NCBI GenBank assembly: GCA_041611735.1
Contig: JBFIML010000036.1
Location: forward strand, 1-45,184
Source: Myxococcota bacterium
GTDB lineage: Bacteria; Myxococcota_A; UBA9160; PR03
Length of the DNA stretch: 45,184 bases
Direction of reading: 5' to 3'
The translations under genes and the position numbers were made by a program. Shown here in pieces: positions 35,552 to 43,616 of this stretch. The first letter of the stretch is position 1. Every line of letters begins with the position of its first letter. The notes under the pieces were generated by a model, which saw only the letters and a list, made by a program, of their open reading frames with translations, was not told where the DNA came from and made no database searches.

Positions 35552-37089
35552 TCGTCCCGCTCCTCGAGCGCGGCGGCGACCTGGTGGAGCGCGCCGACGT
35601 GTGCGTGATCGGATCCGGCGCCGGGGGCGCGGTGGCGGCGGCGGAGCTGGCGGCCGGGGGCCGTTCGGTGGTGGTCCTGGAGCAGGGGCGTCACTGGACG
35701 CGGGCGGACTTCACGCAACGCGAGGACGAGATGCTGCCGCGGCTCTTCGAGGAGGCCGGCCTGCGCCAGACCGAGGACGGAGCCATCACGATCCTCCAGG
35801 GACGCTGCGTGGGCGGCTCCACGGTCCACAATCTCTGCTACGCCTTCCGCACCCCGGAGCCGGTGCTCGCCCTGTGGCGCGACGAGCACGCGCTTGCCGG
35901 GCTCACGCCCGAGGCCCTGGCGCCCTCCTTCCGACGCGTCGAGACCCACCTGAAGGTGAAGCCGATCCGCGAGGACGAGGTGAACGCCCTGAACCGGCGC
36001 ATCCGCGCCGGCGCCGAGAAGCTGGGCTGGTCCGGGTTCGTGACCCATCACAACCGGGAGAACTGCGTGCAGGCCGGCTATTGCATCCTCGGCTGCAGCT
36101 ACGGCGCCAAGCAGTCCATGCTGGAGACCTACGTGCCCCGCGCCGAGCGGGCCGGGGCGCGCATCTACGCCGACGCCCGCGCGGAGCGCATCGAGGCCGA
36201 GGGCGGGCGCGTGCGCCGGGTGCTCGGTCGGGTGGTGGACGAGGCGGGACACCCGCGCGGAACGATCGAGGTCCGGGCCCCGGTGGTGGTGCTCGCCGCC
36301 GGGGCGGTGGCCTCCCCGGACCTGCTGCAACGGAGCGGCCTGGCCGGGGCCAGCGGCCAGCTCGGCCGCAACCTCCACCTGCACCCGGCGGTGATGGCCC
36401 TGGGCCTCTTCGAGGAGCCCCTCCACGCCTACCGGGGCATTCCCCAGAGCTATTACGTGGACCAGTTCATCGACCTGGAGCGCGATCCCCACTCGGGCTA
36501 CGTGCTGATGCCGATCGCCGGCTTCCCGGTCATGACGGCCACGAACCTGCCCGGCTTCGGGGCGAAACACTTCGAGCTGATGCGCCACTTCGCCGGCAGC
36601 GGCGGCCTGCTGGTGCTGCTGCACGATCGCAGCGCCGGCTCCGTCGAGCCCGGTGATTCCCTGGGGCGACCGCGCATCCGCTACGAGCTGCTGCCCGAGG
36701 ACCGCCGGCTGCTGGCGGAAGGGCTCGTGCACTGCAGCGAGGCGCTGTTCGCCGCGGGCGCCCGCCAGGTGGTGATCCCCTGGCTCGACGATCCGCTGCG
36801 GCTCGAGCCCGGCGCCGACCTCGGCGCCGTGGAGGCGCGCGGGGTGCGGGCCGGGGAGATCCCCATTGCCTCGACCCATCCGCAGTCCACCTGCCGCATG
36901 GGCGGCGACCCGAGCACGTCGGTGGTGGGACCGTTCGGGGAGTGCCACGACGTGCGCGGGCTCTTCGTGGCGGACATGAGCGTGTTCCCCACGTCGCTCG
37001 GGGCACCGCCGCAGATCACCACGGCCGCCCTGGCGGACCGCACGGCGCATCACGTGCTCGCGCGCTGGGCCGACCTCGCGGCGGACTGA
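35548..37089 (+). CDS. GMC family FAD oxidoreductase (long-chain alcohol oxidase-like)
   Basis: Motifs CVIGSGAGG, GRCVGGSTVHN, CxxxGxCxxGC, LGRNLHLHP, HPQSTCRMG and VADMSVFPTSLG. Confidence 0.92.
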   Translation: MIVPLLERGGDLVERADVCVIGSGAGGAVAAAELAAGGRSVVVLEQGRHWTRADFTQREDEMLPRLFEEAGLRQTEDGAITILQGRCVGGSTVHNLCYAFRTPEPVLALWRDEHALAGLTPEALAPSFRRVETHLKVKPIREDEVNALNRRIRAGAEKLGWSGFVTHHNRENCVQAGYCILGCSYGAKQSMLETYVPRAERAGARIYADARAERIEAEGGRVRRVLGRVVDEAGHPRGTIEVRAPVVVLAAGAVASPDLLQRSGLAGASGQLGRNLHLHPAVMALGLFEEPLHAYRGIPQSYYVDQFIDLERDPHSGYVLMPIAGFPVMTATNLPGFGAKHFELMRHFAGSGGLLVLLHDRSAGSVEPGDSLGRPRIRYELLPEDRRLLAEGLVHCSEALFAAGARQVVIPWLDDPLRLEPGADLGAVEARGVRAGEIPIASTHPQSTCRMGGDPSTSVVGPFGECHDVRGLFVADMSVFPTSLGAPPQITTAALADRTAHHVLARWADLAAD

Positions 37090-37094
37090 GCGCG

Positions 37095-37526
37095 TCACTC
37101 GGGCTGCGGGGGAACGCCGGCCACCCAGCACAGCACGTCGGTCTCGGTGAGCAGACCGATCAGCCGGTCCGCTTCCACCACCGGCAGGCAGCCGATCTTC
37201 TGCTCCGCCATGAGCAGAGCCGCCTTCTGGAGCGACGCGTCCGGGTCGATCGTGATGGGCGGGGTCGACATCACCTGGGAGATCTCGATGGCGTGCAGGA
37301 AGGCCCGACGCTCTTCGCTGCGAAAGCTGGTGAGCTCCGAGAGGGATGCGCGCAGCAGATCGCGCTGCGACACCACCCCGACCAGACGCCCCCCGCGCAC
37401 CACGGGCATGTGGCGCACGCGGCCGAGGGTCATGATATCCTCGACGGTCGACAGTCGTTCGCCCGCGCTGATCGTCACGATCTTGGTGCGCATCACCTGA
37501 CGCACGCGAACGTCGGTCGTGGACAT
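37095..37526 (-). CDS. CBS-pair domain protein
   Basis: VRHMPVV..LVGVVSQRDL and IGCLPVV..LIGLLTETD. Confidence 0.92.
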   Translation of the reverse strand: MSTTDVRVRQVMRTKIVTISAGERLSTVEDIMTLGRVRHMPVVRGGRLVGVVSQRDLLRASLSELTSFRSEERRAFLHAIEISQVMSTPPITIDPDASLQKAALLMAEQKIGCLPVVEADRLIGLLTETDVLCWVAGVPPQPE

Positions 37527-37531
37527 GCGAG

Positions 37532-37540
37532 GTAGTCTAC
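37532..37540. promoter_or_regulatory. Bidirectional -10 element in a 17-bp divergent spacer
   Basis: Palindromic GTAGTCTAC gives TAGTCT on plus (5 nt before ATG 37544) and TAGACT on minus (7 nt before ATG 37526). Confidence 0.6.
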
Positions 37541-37543
37541 TTC

Positions 37544-37972
37544 ATGGCACGCGAGCGAGGGAAGCAAGGGACGGGCCGCCGTCGCGTCGACCCCCCGGCC
37601 GAGAGCCGTGCGCGGGACGAGGCGTTGGCCAGTCTGGTGCCCGACCTGCTGCGCCGCATGCTGGGCATCGGCCTCTCGGGCTTCTTCCTGACCGAGGAGG
37701 CGGTGCGAAAGGCCCTCGGCGACACGGTTCCGAAGGACTGGGTGGACTACGTCTCGGAGACGAGCGAGCGCACCCGCGCCGAGTTCGTGGAGCGGCTGGC
37801 CCGGGAGGTGGGCGAGACCCTCGAGCGGGTGGACCTCGCGGCGCTGGCCGAGCAGCTGCTCGCGAGCCACTCGGTGGAGGTGAAGGCCGAGATCCGCCTG
37901 GTCCCCCACCGCGGCGAGGACGGCGGACAGCCGATCCGGATCCGCTTCGCGCGTCGCGGACGCCGGCGGTGA
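37544..37972 (+). CDS. Hypothetical amphipathic helical protein (phasin-like N-terminal motif)
   Basis: DLLRRMLGIGLSGFFLTEEAVRK...VEVKAEIRLVP. GTGA coupling to the next gene. Confidence 0.7.
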   Translation: MARERGKQGTGRRRVDPPAESRARDEALASLVPDLLRRMLGIGLSGFFLTEEAVRKALGDTVPKDWVDYVSETSERTRAEFVERLAREVGETLERVDLAALAEQLLASHSVEVKAEIRLVPHRGEDGGQPIRIRFARRGRRR

Positions 37973-39252
37973 CGGCAGCGGGCGGCGCGGGCCGGCGCGC
38001 CGCTCTCGGGGGCTGGCTGCTGCTCGCGCTGCTCGGCCTCTACACGGCCCTGGTGCACGCCGGCCTGGGGCCGCGGCCCCGGGTCGCAGCGGGCGAGGGG
38101 CCCTGGTGGGCGCCGAGCGGGTTCCTGCTCGAGGCCCTGGCGCGCTCGGCGCTGGCGCCGGCGGTGGAGGGACCGCGCCTCGGCGCCGTCGCCTTCGCGC
38201 TCCCGGCCCTGGCGCTGGCCGTGGGCGTCTGGGTGCTCACGCGTTCGGCCCTGGCCCGGACCCTGGCCGTGGCGGGCGTGCTGGCCGTGGCGCTGTTCGC
38301 CTTCTACGGGCTCGGAGAGCGCGCGCGTCTGGTGTGGCGCTTCTTCGACTGGCGGGGCTCCGCCACGATGCTGGGGCTGGCGGGGCTCGTCGCCGCGCTC
38401 GGGCTCGCCCCGGCCTGGCTGCAACGCGCCCGGCGCCTGGGCGCGGGCCTGGGCCTGGCCGCCTACGTGCCCGTGGCCCTGGCCCTGCTGGCCCTGCAGC
38501 GCGACGTGACCGGCACCGATCCGACCCTCCCCTTCGCGGTCTCCCCCTGGCCGGTGCTGCCGATCTTCGGGCTCGGGGTGGCCGGAGCGCTGCTGGCGGC
38601 GCTCCAGCTCGGGATCGGCGTCGGGCTGCTCGGACTCGCGGAGCCGCGCTGGGCGCCACGCCTGGCGCTCCCGACCCTCGGGATCGCGCTTGCGGCCGGG
38701 GCCGTGGTGGCCGGATCGGCGTCAGGGCTGCTGCCGTTTCGCGCCAGCGGAGCGACCCTGGCCGGCTTCGCCGGGGCGGCCGCCCTGGGCATGGCCGCCG
38801 CGGCGGCCTTCGCTCGCGGCGGCGGGCCGCGCCGCCGGCGCGGCGCGGAGTTCGTCCTGGCGGCCCTGGCGATCGGGGTGCCGCTGACCGCCGGCCGGCT
38901 CCTCGAGCGCGCCGACTACCACGAGACCCGACACGGTCGCGCCGAGCGCGTGGTGGCGGCCCTGGAGACCTGGTACGCCCGCGAGGGGCTCTACCCGGAC
39001 GACCTTGCGGAGCTGGTCGCCGCCGGGGATCTCGCCGTCGTGCCGCGCCCCCGCATCGGCTTCGGCTGGCCGGGCGGCAACGCCTTCACCTACCAGAACT
39101 TCGGCACGAGCTACCTGCTCGAGTTCGCTGCGCCGCGCTGGGTGCAGTGTGCCTACAATCCCCCCTACCGGGACGAGCCCGCCGAGGAGACGGCGCCGGA
39201 TCTGGCCGCGGGTTCGTGGTCGTGCCCGGCCCAGCCTCCGGAGCTCTGGTAG
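37969..39252 (+). CDS. Multi-pass membrane protein with a pseudopilin-like C-terminal domain
   Basis: About 9 TM segments, then VVAALETWYAREGLYPDDLAELV and a terminal Cys pair. Confidence 0.7.
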   Translation: MTAAGGAGRRAALGGWLLLALLGLYTALVHAGLGPRPRVAAGEGPWWAPSGFLLEALARSALAPAVEGPRLGAVAFALPALALAVGVWVLTRSALARTLAVAGVLAVALFAFYGLGERARLVWRFFDWRGSATMLGLAGLVAALGLAPAWLQRARRLGAGLGLAAYVPVALALLALQRDVTGTDPTLPFAVSPWPVLPIFGLGVAGALLAALQLGIGVGLLGLAEPRWAPRLALPTLGIALAAGAVVAGSASGLLPFRASGATLAGFAGAAALGMAAAAAFARGGGPRRRRGAEFVLAALAIGVPLTAGRLLERADYHETRHGRAERVVAALETWYAREGLYPDDLAELVAAGDLAVVPRPRIGFGWPGGNAFTYQNFGTSYLLEFAAPRWVQCAYNPPYRDEPAEETAPDLAAGSWSCPAQPPELW

Positions 39253-39285
39253 GGAGCCCGGGTAGGAAGCTCGGGCAGGAGGAAC

Positions 39286-40629
39286 GTGGCGCGCACGCAC
39301 GGAAACCTGCTGTCGCCGGCGGAGCGCCTGGAGCGGGCGCGCCGCATCGGCGTCACCGTGGGGCGGGTCTACCTGGGCATCAAGGCGAACCAGCTGCTGG
39401 CGCGGCGGCTGCGCCCGTCGGACATGCGCGCGCGCTGGCGGCGCTTCCACCGCTCCAGCGCCGAGACGGTCTACGACACGGCCGTGGAGCTGCAGGGCCT
39501 GATCCTGAAGGGCTGCCAGTACCTGGGCGCGCGTCCGGACCTCCTGCCGCCCGAGTGGGTGGACGTGCTCTCCCGGCTCCAGGACCGGGTTCCGCCGCGC
39601 CCCTTCCCGGTGGTGCGGCGCAGCGTGGAGCGCGAGCTGGGCCGTCCCCTGGAGGCGGTCTTCGACTCCTTCGCGCCGACGCCGGTCGCCTCCGCCTCCC
39701 TGGCCCAGGTGCACGCAGCGGTGCTGCGCGACGGACGCCGGGTGGCGGTGAAGGTCCAGTACCCGGAGATCGAGAGCCTGGTGCGCAGCGACCTCGCCAA
39801 CCTGCGCACCCTGTTCTCGGCCATCGGCTGGCTGGAGCGCGACTTCGACCCGATGCTGCTGCTGGAGGAGCTGGCCCGCTACGTGCCCCGCGAGCTCGAC
39901 TTCCTGGCGGAGGCGGACAACGCCGAGCGCGTGGCCGCCCGCTTTGCGGAGCGCCCGGACGTGCGCGTGCCCGACGTCCACCGCGAGCTCACCACGCGAC
40001 GCGTGCTGGTCATGGAGTACGTGGAGGGCTTGAAGATCACGGACCGCAAGGGGCTGGCGCGGGCCGGGATCGAGCCCGAGGCCGTGGCCCGGCTGCTGGC
40101 CGACGTGTACGGCGAGCAGATCCTGCGCCATGGCTTCTTCCACGCCGACCCGCACCCCGGGAACCTGATGATCGACCCCGAGGGCCCGCGCCTCGTGCTG
40201 CTGGACTTCGGCCTGGCGGACGAGCTCCCGGAGGGCTTCGCCGAGGCGGTGGGGGCGCTGCTCACCGGGGTGCTGGCCGCCGACGCGGCCGCCGTGGGCG
40301 CCGCCCTGGAACGGCTCGGCTTCGAGACGCGGGCGGGGGGGCGCCAGGCCCTGGCGGAGCTGGCGGAGCTCGGCCTGGCCGTGCTCCGGGAGGGGGGCGC
40401 CGGGCGAAGGCCGCCGCCGGAGACGCTGCGGCGCGTGGGCCGCGAGCTGGCCGAGCGCATCCGTGCGAACCCCGTCGTGCGCGTCCCGGGGCACGTGGTG
40501 CTGCTGGCCCGGGCGCTGGGCCTGCTGGCGGGAGTCGCGCGCGCCCTCGGCGTGCGCCTGGACCCGCTCGCGGTGGTGCTGCCCCATGCCCGGGCCGCGG
40601 CAGGGCGTCCGTCTTCTCCCGCCTCCTGA
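39286..40629 (+). CDS. ABC1/AarF/UbiB family atypical kinase
   Basis: Motifs ILKGCQ, ASASLAQVH, VAVKVQYP, ELDF, FHADPHPGN and LLDFG. AGGAGG RBS. Confidence 0.93.
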   Translation: MARTHGNLLSPAERLERARRIGVTVGRVYLGIKANQLLARRLRPSDMRARWRRFHRSSAETVYDTAVELQGLILKGCQYLGARPDLLPPEWVDVLSRLQDRVPPRPFPVVRRSVERELGRPLEAVFDSFAPTPVASASLAQVHAAVLRDGRRVAVKVQYPEIESLVRSDLANLRTLFSAIGWLERDFDPMLLLEELARYVPRELDFLAEADNAERVAARFAERPDVRVPDVHRELTTRRVLVMEYVEGLKITDRKGLARAGIEPEAVARLLADVYGEQILRHGFFHADPHPGNLMIDPEGPRLVLLDFGLADELPEGFAEAVGALLTGVLAADAAAVGAALERLGFETRAGGRQALAELAELGLAVLREGGAGRRPPPETLRRVGRELAERIRANPVVRVPGHVVLLARALGLLAGVARALGVRLDPLAVVLPHARAAAGRPSSPAS

Positions 40630-40669
40630 TCCGATTCCCGTCCCGATCCCGACTCCCAACCCGACACCC
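40628..40669. repeat. Degenerate hexamer tandem repeat (NNNCCS x7)
   Basis: gatccg attccc gtcccg atcccg actccc aacccg acaccc. Confidence 0.6.
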
Positions 40670-40691
40670 GCTCAGACGGGGAGGAGGAAGC

Positions 40692-42410
40692 ATGGGACGC
40701 ATCCGAGGCAGCATGCAACGGAATCGCCTGGGGCGAGGGTTCACCACCGGAATCATCGGGCTCGGTCTGCTGGCAGCCCCGCCGGCCGAAGCGGTCCTAT
40801 CCGCGGCGGCGGACCTGGTGCAGGGTCCGTTGCTGGACGCCCACGACCAGGGTCTCGGGCGGGATCTCACCGTCGCCATCTACGAGCCCGAAGCCTGCAT
40901 CGACAGGAATCATCCCGATTTCGACCTGATCACCTTCCTGCCCCGCATCCCCGAAGCGGACTGCAATCCGGGCTCGGGTCGCAACGGCGTCATCGCTCAC
41001 GCGACCAAGGTGACGAGCGCACTGGCCACGGCCCGGCCCGATGGTTCGGGGGGCCGTCGTCTGGCCGGTCTGTTTGCCGGGCGGGTCTTCGAGGTGGACT
41101 CCACCGTGACCGTGCAGCAAAGTGGCTCGGAACAGGCGATGCTCGAGCGGGATCCGGACTTCGTGAACATCAGTAAGACGACCGCGCTGTACGACGCCTT
41201 CTGGATCGACGCGGCGGTCTGGGAGCAGCGCGTCTTCGTCGCCAACGGCTCGGGCAACGACGGACCGGATCCTCAGGACGTGGCCCGGTGCTGGGCCTAC
41301 AACTCGCTGTGCGTGGGGGGCTACGATCATCGAGGGACCCTCGGTCCCTTCCGCTTCGGAGACGATCTGCACCACCCCGGGGCGAGCTGGCGCAATGCCC
41401 CGGGCTCCGGCCGCGAGGAGCCGGACCTGGTCGGCGTGTATTATCAGCGTCTGGCCTCGCCGCCGCGGACGGGTCAGTGGCACGGAGACGAAGGCGGGAC
41501 CAGCTACGCGACGCCCTCGGTCCTCGGCCTGGCGGCGCTGCTCACCGCGAACCATCGCGACGTCCTCTACCGCCAGCCCACCTTGCTTCGGGCGCTACTG
41601 CTGGCCTCCGCCTCCCATCCCGTCCATGACGATTCCAGCAAGCGGGCGGGCATCCCGATCGTGGCGGACGGCATCGACGACCGGAGTGGCGGGGGCGTTC
41701 CGCGTGGGGATCGGGCCAGCACGATCGTCGACGCCCGACGCTTCTTCGCGGGCAAGTTGGATCGCGACGCGGACTTCGACGGCGAGCGGCTCCTGCGCCA
41801 GTCGCTCGCCTTCCCCGTGGCCGAAGGAGAGCGCGTACGCGTGGCCCTCGCCTGGGACAACTGTCCCAGCAGATCCCTCCGGGACCAGGACCTGCTGGCA
41901 GTCGACCTCGACCTCACCGTCCGCGGTCCGGACCATGACATCCGCGACGATCTTCCGACGGAACTGGACCGCTCCCTGTATCAAGGCAATCCGCAGCCGA
42001 CCGCGACCCCGCAGCAGGAGCTGGCGCCCGAGGTGGCGGAGGCCCCCCCCAGCGGCGTGAAGGGCGCGCCGGGCGCCGGAAAGGGGCGACGGGTCGGACA
42101 CGAGAAGAAGGCGCAGCTGCTCGGCGGCCTGGACTTCCTGACGCCGAACCTGCCCGCGCCGGAGCTGGCGCTCGACCCGACCCCTCCGACCGGGGACGAC
42201 CGCCTCGACGGCGCCTACAGCAAGGTCAAGACGGTGATCTCGAACCCCTCGCGGGTGGACAACTACGAGCTCGTGGAGTTCGAGGCGCCCGTGGGCGGCA
42301 CCTACGAGATCGAGATCCGGGCCCTGCGTTGGAACGTGTGCGAGTACGACGCGCAACGCGGCCGTCCAGGCACCCAGACCCACTTGGCCGTGGCCTGGGA
42401 CGTCTTGTGA
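40692..42410 (+). CDS. Secreted S8 (subtilase) family serine peptidase
   Basis: GGAGGAGG RBS, signal peptide ending AEA, VAIYE, AHATKV, GSGNDG, EPDLVG and GGTSYATP. The C-terminal jelly-roll shows VRVALAW, DLDL and DNYELVEF. Confidence 0.8.
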   Translation: MGRIRGSMQRNRLGRGFTTGIIGLGLLAAPPAEAVLSAAADLVQGPLLDAHDQGLGRDLTVAIYEPEACIDRNHPDFDLITFLPRIPEADCNPGSGRNGVIAHATKVTSALATARPDGSGGRRLAGLFAGRVFEVDSTVTVQQSGSEQAMLERDPDFVNISKTTALYDAFWIDAAVWEQRVFVANGSGNDGPDPQDVARCWAYNSLCVGGYDHRGTLGPFRFGDDLHHPGASWRNAPGSGREEPDLVGVYYQRLASPPRTGQWHGDEGGTSYATPSVLGLAALLTANHRDVLYRQPTLLRALLLASASHPVHDDSSKRAGIPIVADGIDDRSGGGVPRGDRASTIVDARRFFAGKLDRDADFDGERLLRQSLAFPVAEGERVRVALAWDNCPSRSLRDQDLLAVDLDLTVRGPDHDIRDDLPTELDRSLYQGNPQPTATPQQELAPEVAEAPPSGVKGAPGAGKGRRVGHEKKAQLLGGLDFLTPNLPAPELALDPTPPTGDDRLDGAYSKVKTVISNPSRVDNYELVEFEAPVGGTYEIEIRALRWNVCEYDAQRGRPGTQTHLAVAWDVL

Positions 42411-42417
42411 TGACCGG

Positions 42418-42603
42418 CTAGCCCGGCTCGTCCCCCTCGCGGGTGAAGGTCACGAAGGCCATGCTCGGGCGCTTGGAGGACTCGCGCACCACGAAGTGGA
42501 AGCCCTCGAAGCGCCAGCCCCGGGCGGTCCAGTCGTTCAGGATCGTCTCGAGCTCGTCCTCGGTGACCGTGCTGGTCTCCACCACCTTGTAGTGCAGGGC
42601 CAC
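42418..42603 (-). CDS. DUF4177-like small protein (61 aa)
   Basis: YKVVETSTVTEDELETILNDWTARGWRFEGFHF...RPSMAFVTFTR. GGGGGAG RBS. Confidence 0.8.
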   Translation of the reverse strand: MALHYKVVETSTVTEDELETILNDWTARGWRFEGFHFVVRESSKRPSMAFVTFTREGDEPG

Positions 42604-42641
42604 GCTCCCCCCCGTGTGCGCGCGTTGGCGCTCGGCGTGCC

Positions 42642-43616
42642 TCAGCGCTCCAGGCGCGCCGCCACCTCCTTCGCGGCGTAGCTGAGCACGAAGTCGGCCC
42701 CCGCGCGCCGGATGGCCACCAGTGCCTCCAGCATGGCGCGTGGGCCGTCGATCCAGCCCTGCTGCGCCGCGGCTTGCAGCATCGCGTACTCGCCCGAGAC
42801 GTGATATGCGGCCAGCGGCACGTCGAAGCGGCGCCGGGCCTCGGCCAGGATGTCCAGGTACGGCAGCGCCGGCTTCACCATCAGCACGTCGGCCCCCTCC
42901 TCGAGATCGAGCGCCATCTCGCGCAGGGCCTCCCGGGCGTTGGGGGGGTCCAGCTGGTAGGCGCGCCGGTCGCCGAAGGCCGGCGCGCTCTCGGCCGCCT
43001 CCCGGAAGGGGCCGTAGTAGGCGCTGGCGTACTTGGCGGCATAGGAGAGGATCGCCACCTCCTCGAAGTCGTGGGTGTCGAGAGCGGCGCGGATCGCCCG
43101 GACGCGGCCGTCCATCATGTCCGAGGGCGCCACCACGTCGGCGCCGGCCCGGGCGTGGGAGAGGGCGGTGGCGGCCAGGCGCTCGACGCTCGAGTCGTTG
43201 CGCACCCGATCGCCCTCCACGATGCCGCAATGGCCGTGGTCCGTGTACTCGCACAAGCAGACGTCGGTGATCACCGCCAGATCCGGCGTGCCGCGCTTCA
43301 CGGCCTGGACCGCACGCTGCACCACGCCGTCGGGCGCGTCGGCCCCGGAGCCGCGGGCGTCCTTGTGGCGCGGAATGCCGAACAGGATCACCGCCGGGAT
43401 GCCGAGGTCGGCCACCCGCTTGGCCTCCTCCGCCAGCTCGTCCACCGAGAGCCGCTCGACGCCCGGCATGGACGCCACCGGCTCCCGCACCCCGGAGCCC
43501 TCCACCACGAAGAGCGGGAGCACGAGGTCGTGGCGCGCCAGGCGCGTCTCGCGCACCAGGCGCCGGAGCGCCTCGCTGCGGCGCAGGCGGCGCATGCGCA
43601 CCGCGGGAAAGCTCAT
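42642..43616 (-). CDS. hemB: Porphobilinogen synthase (Zn-type)
   Basis: Motifs [43 protein letters not shown] and AYHVSGEY. Confidence 0.98.
   Translation of the reverse strand: MSFPAVRMRRLRRSEALRRLVRETRLARHDLVLPLFVVEGSGVREPVASMPGVERLSVDELAEEAKRVADLGIPAVILFGIPRHKDARGSGADAPDGVVQRAVQAVKRGTPDLAVITDVCLCEYTDHGHCGIVEGDRVRNDSSVERLAATALSHARAGADVVAPSDMMDGRVRAIRAALDTHDFEEVAILSYAAKYASAYYGPFREAAESAPAFGDRRAYQLDPPNAREALREMALDLEEGADVLMVKPALPYLDILAEARRRFDVPLAAYHVSGEYAMLQAAAQQGWIDGPRAMLEALVAIRRAGADFVLSYAAKEVAARLER

Noticed and set aside
38106..42410. 1434-aa ORF suggesting a giant protease
   Set aside because: The first ~860 codons are off-frame over two real genes. The protease has its own RBS, ATG (40692) and signal peptide.
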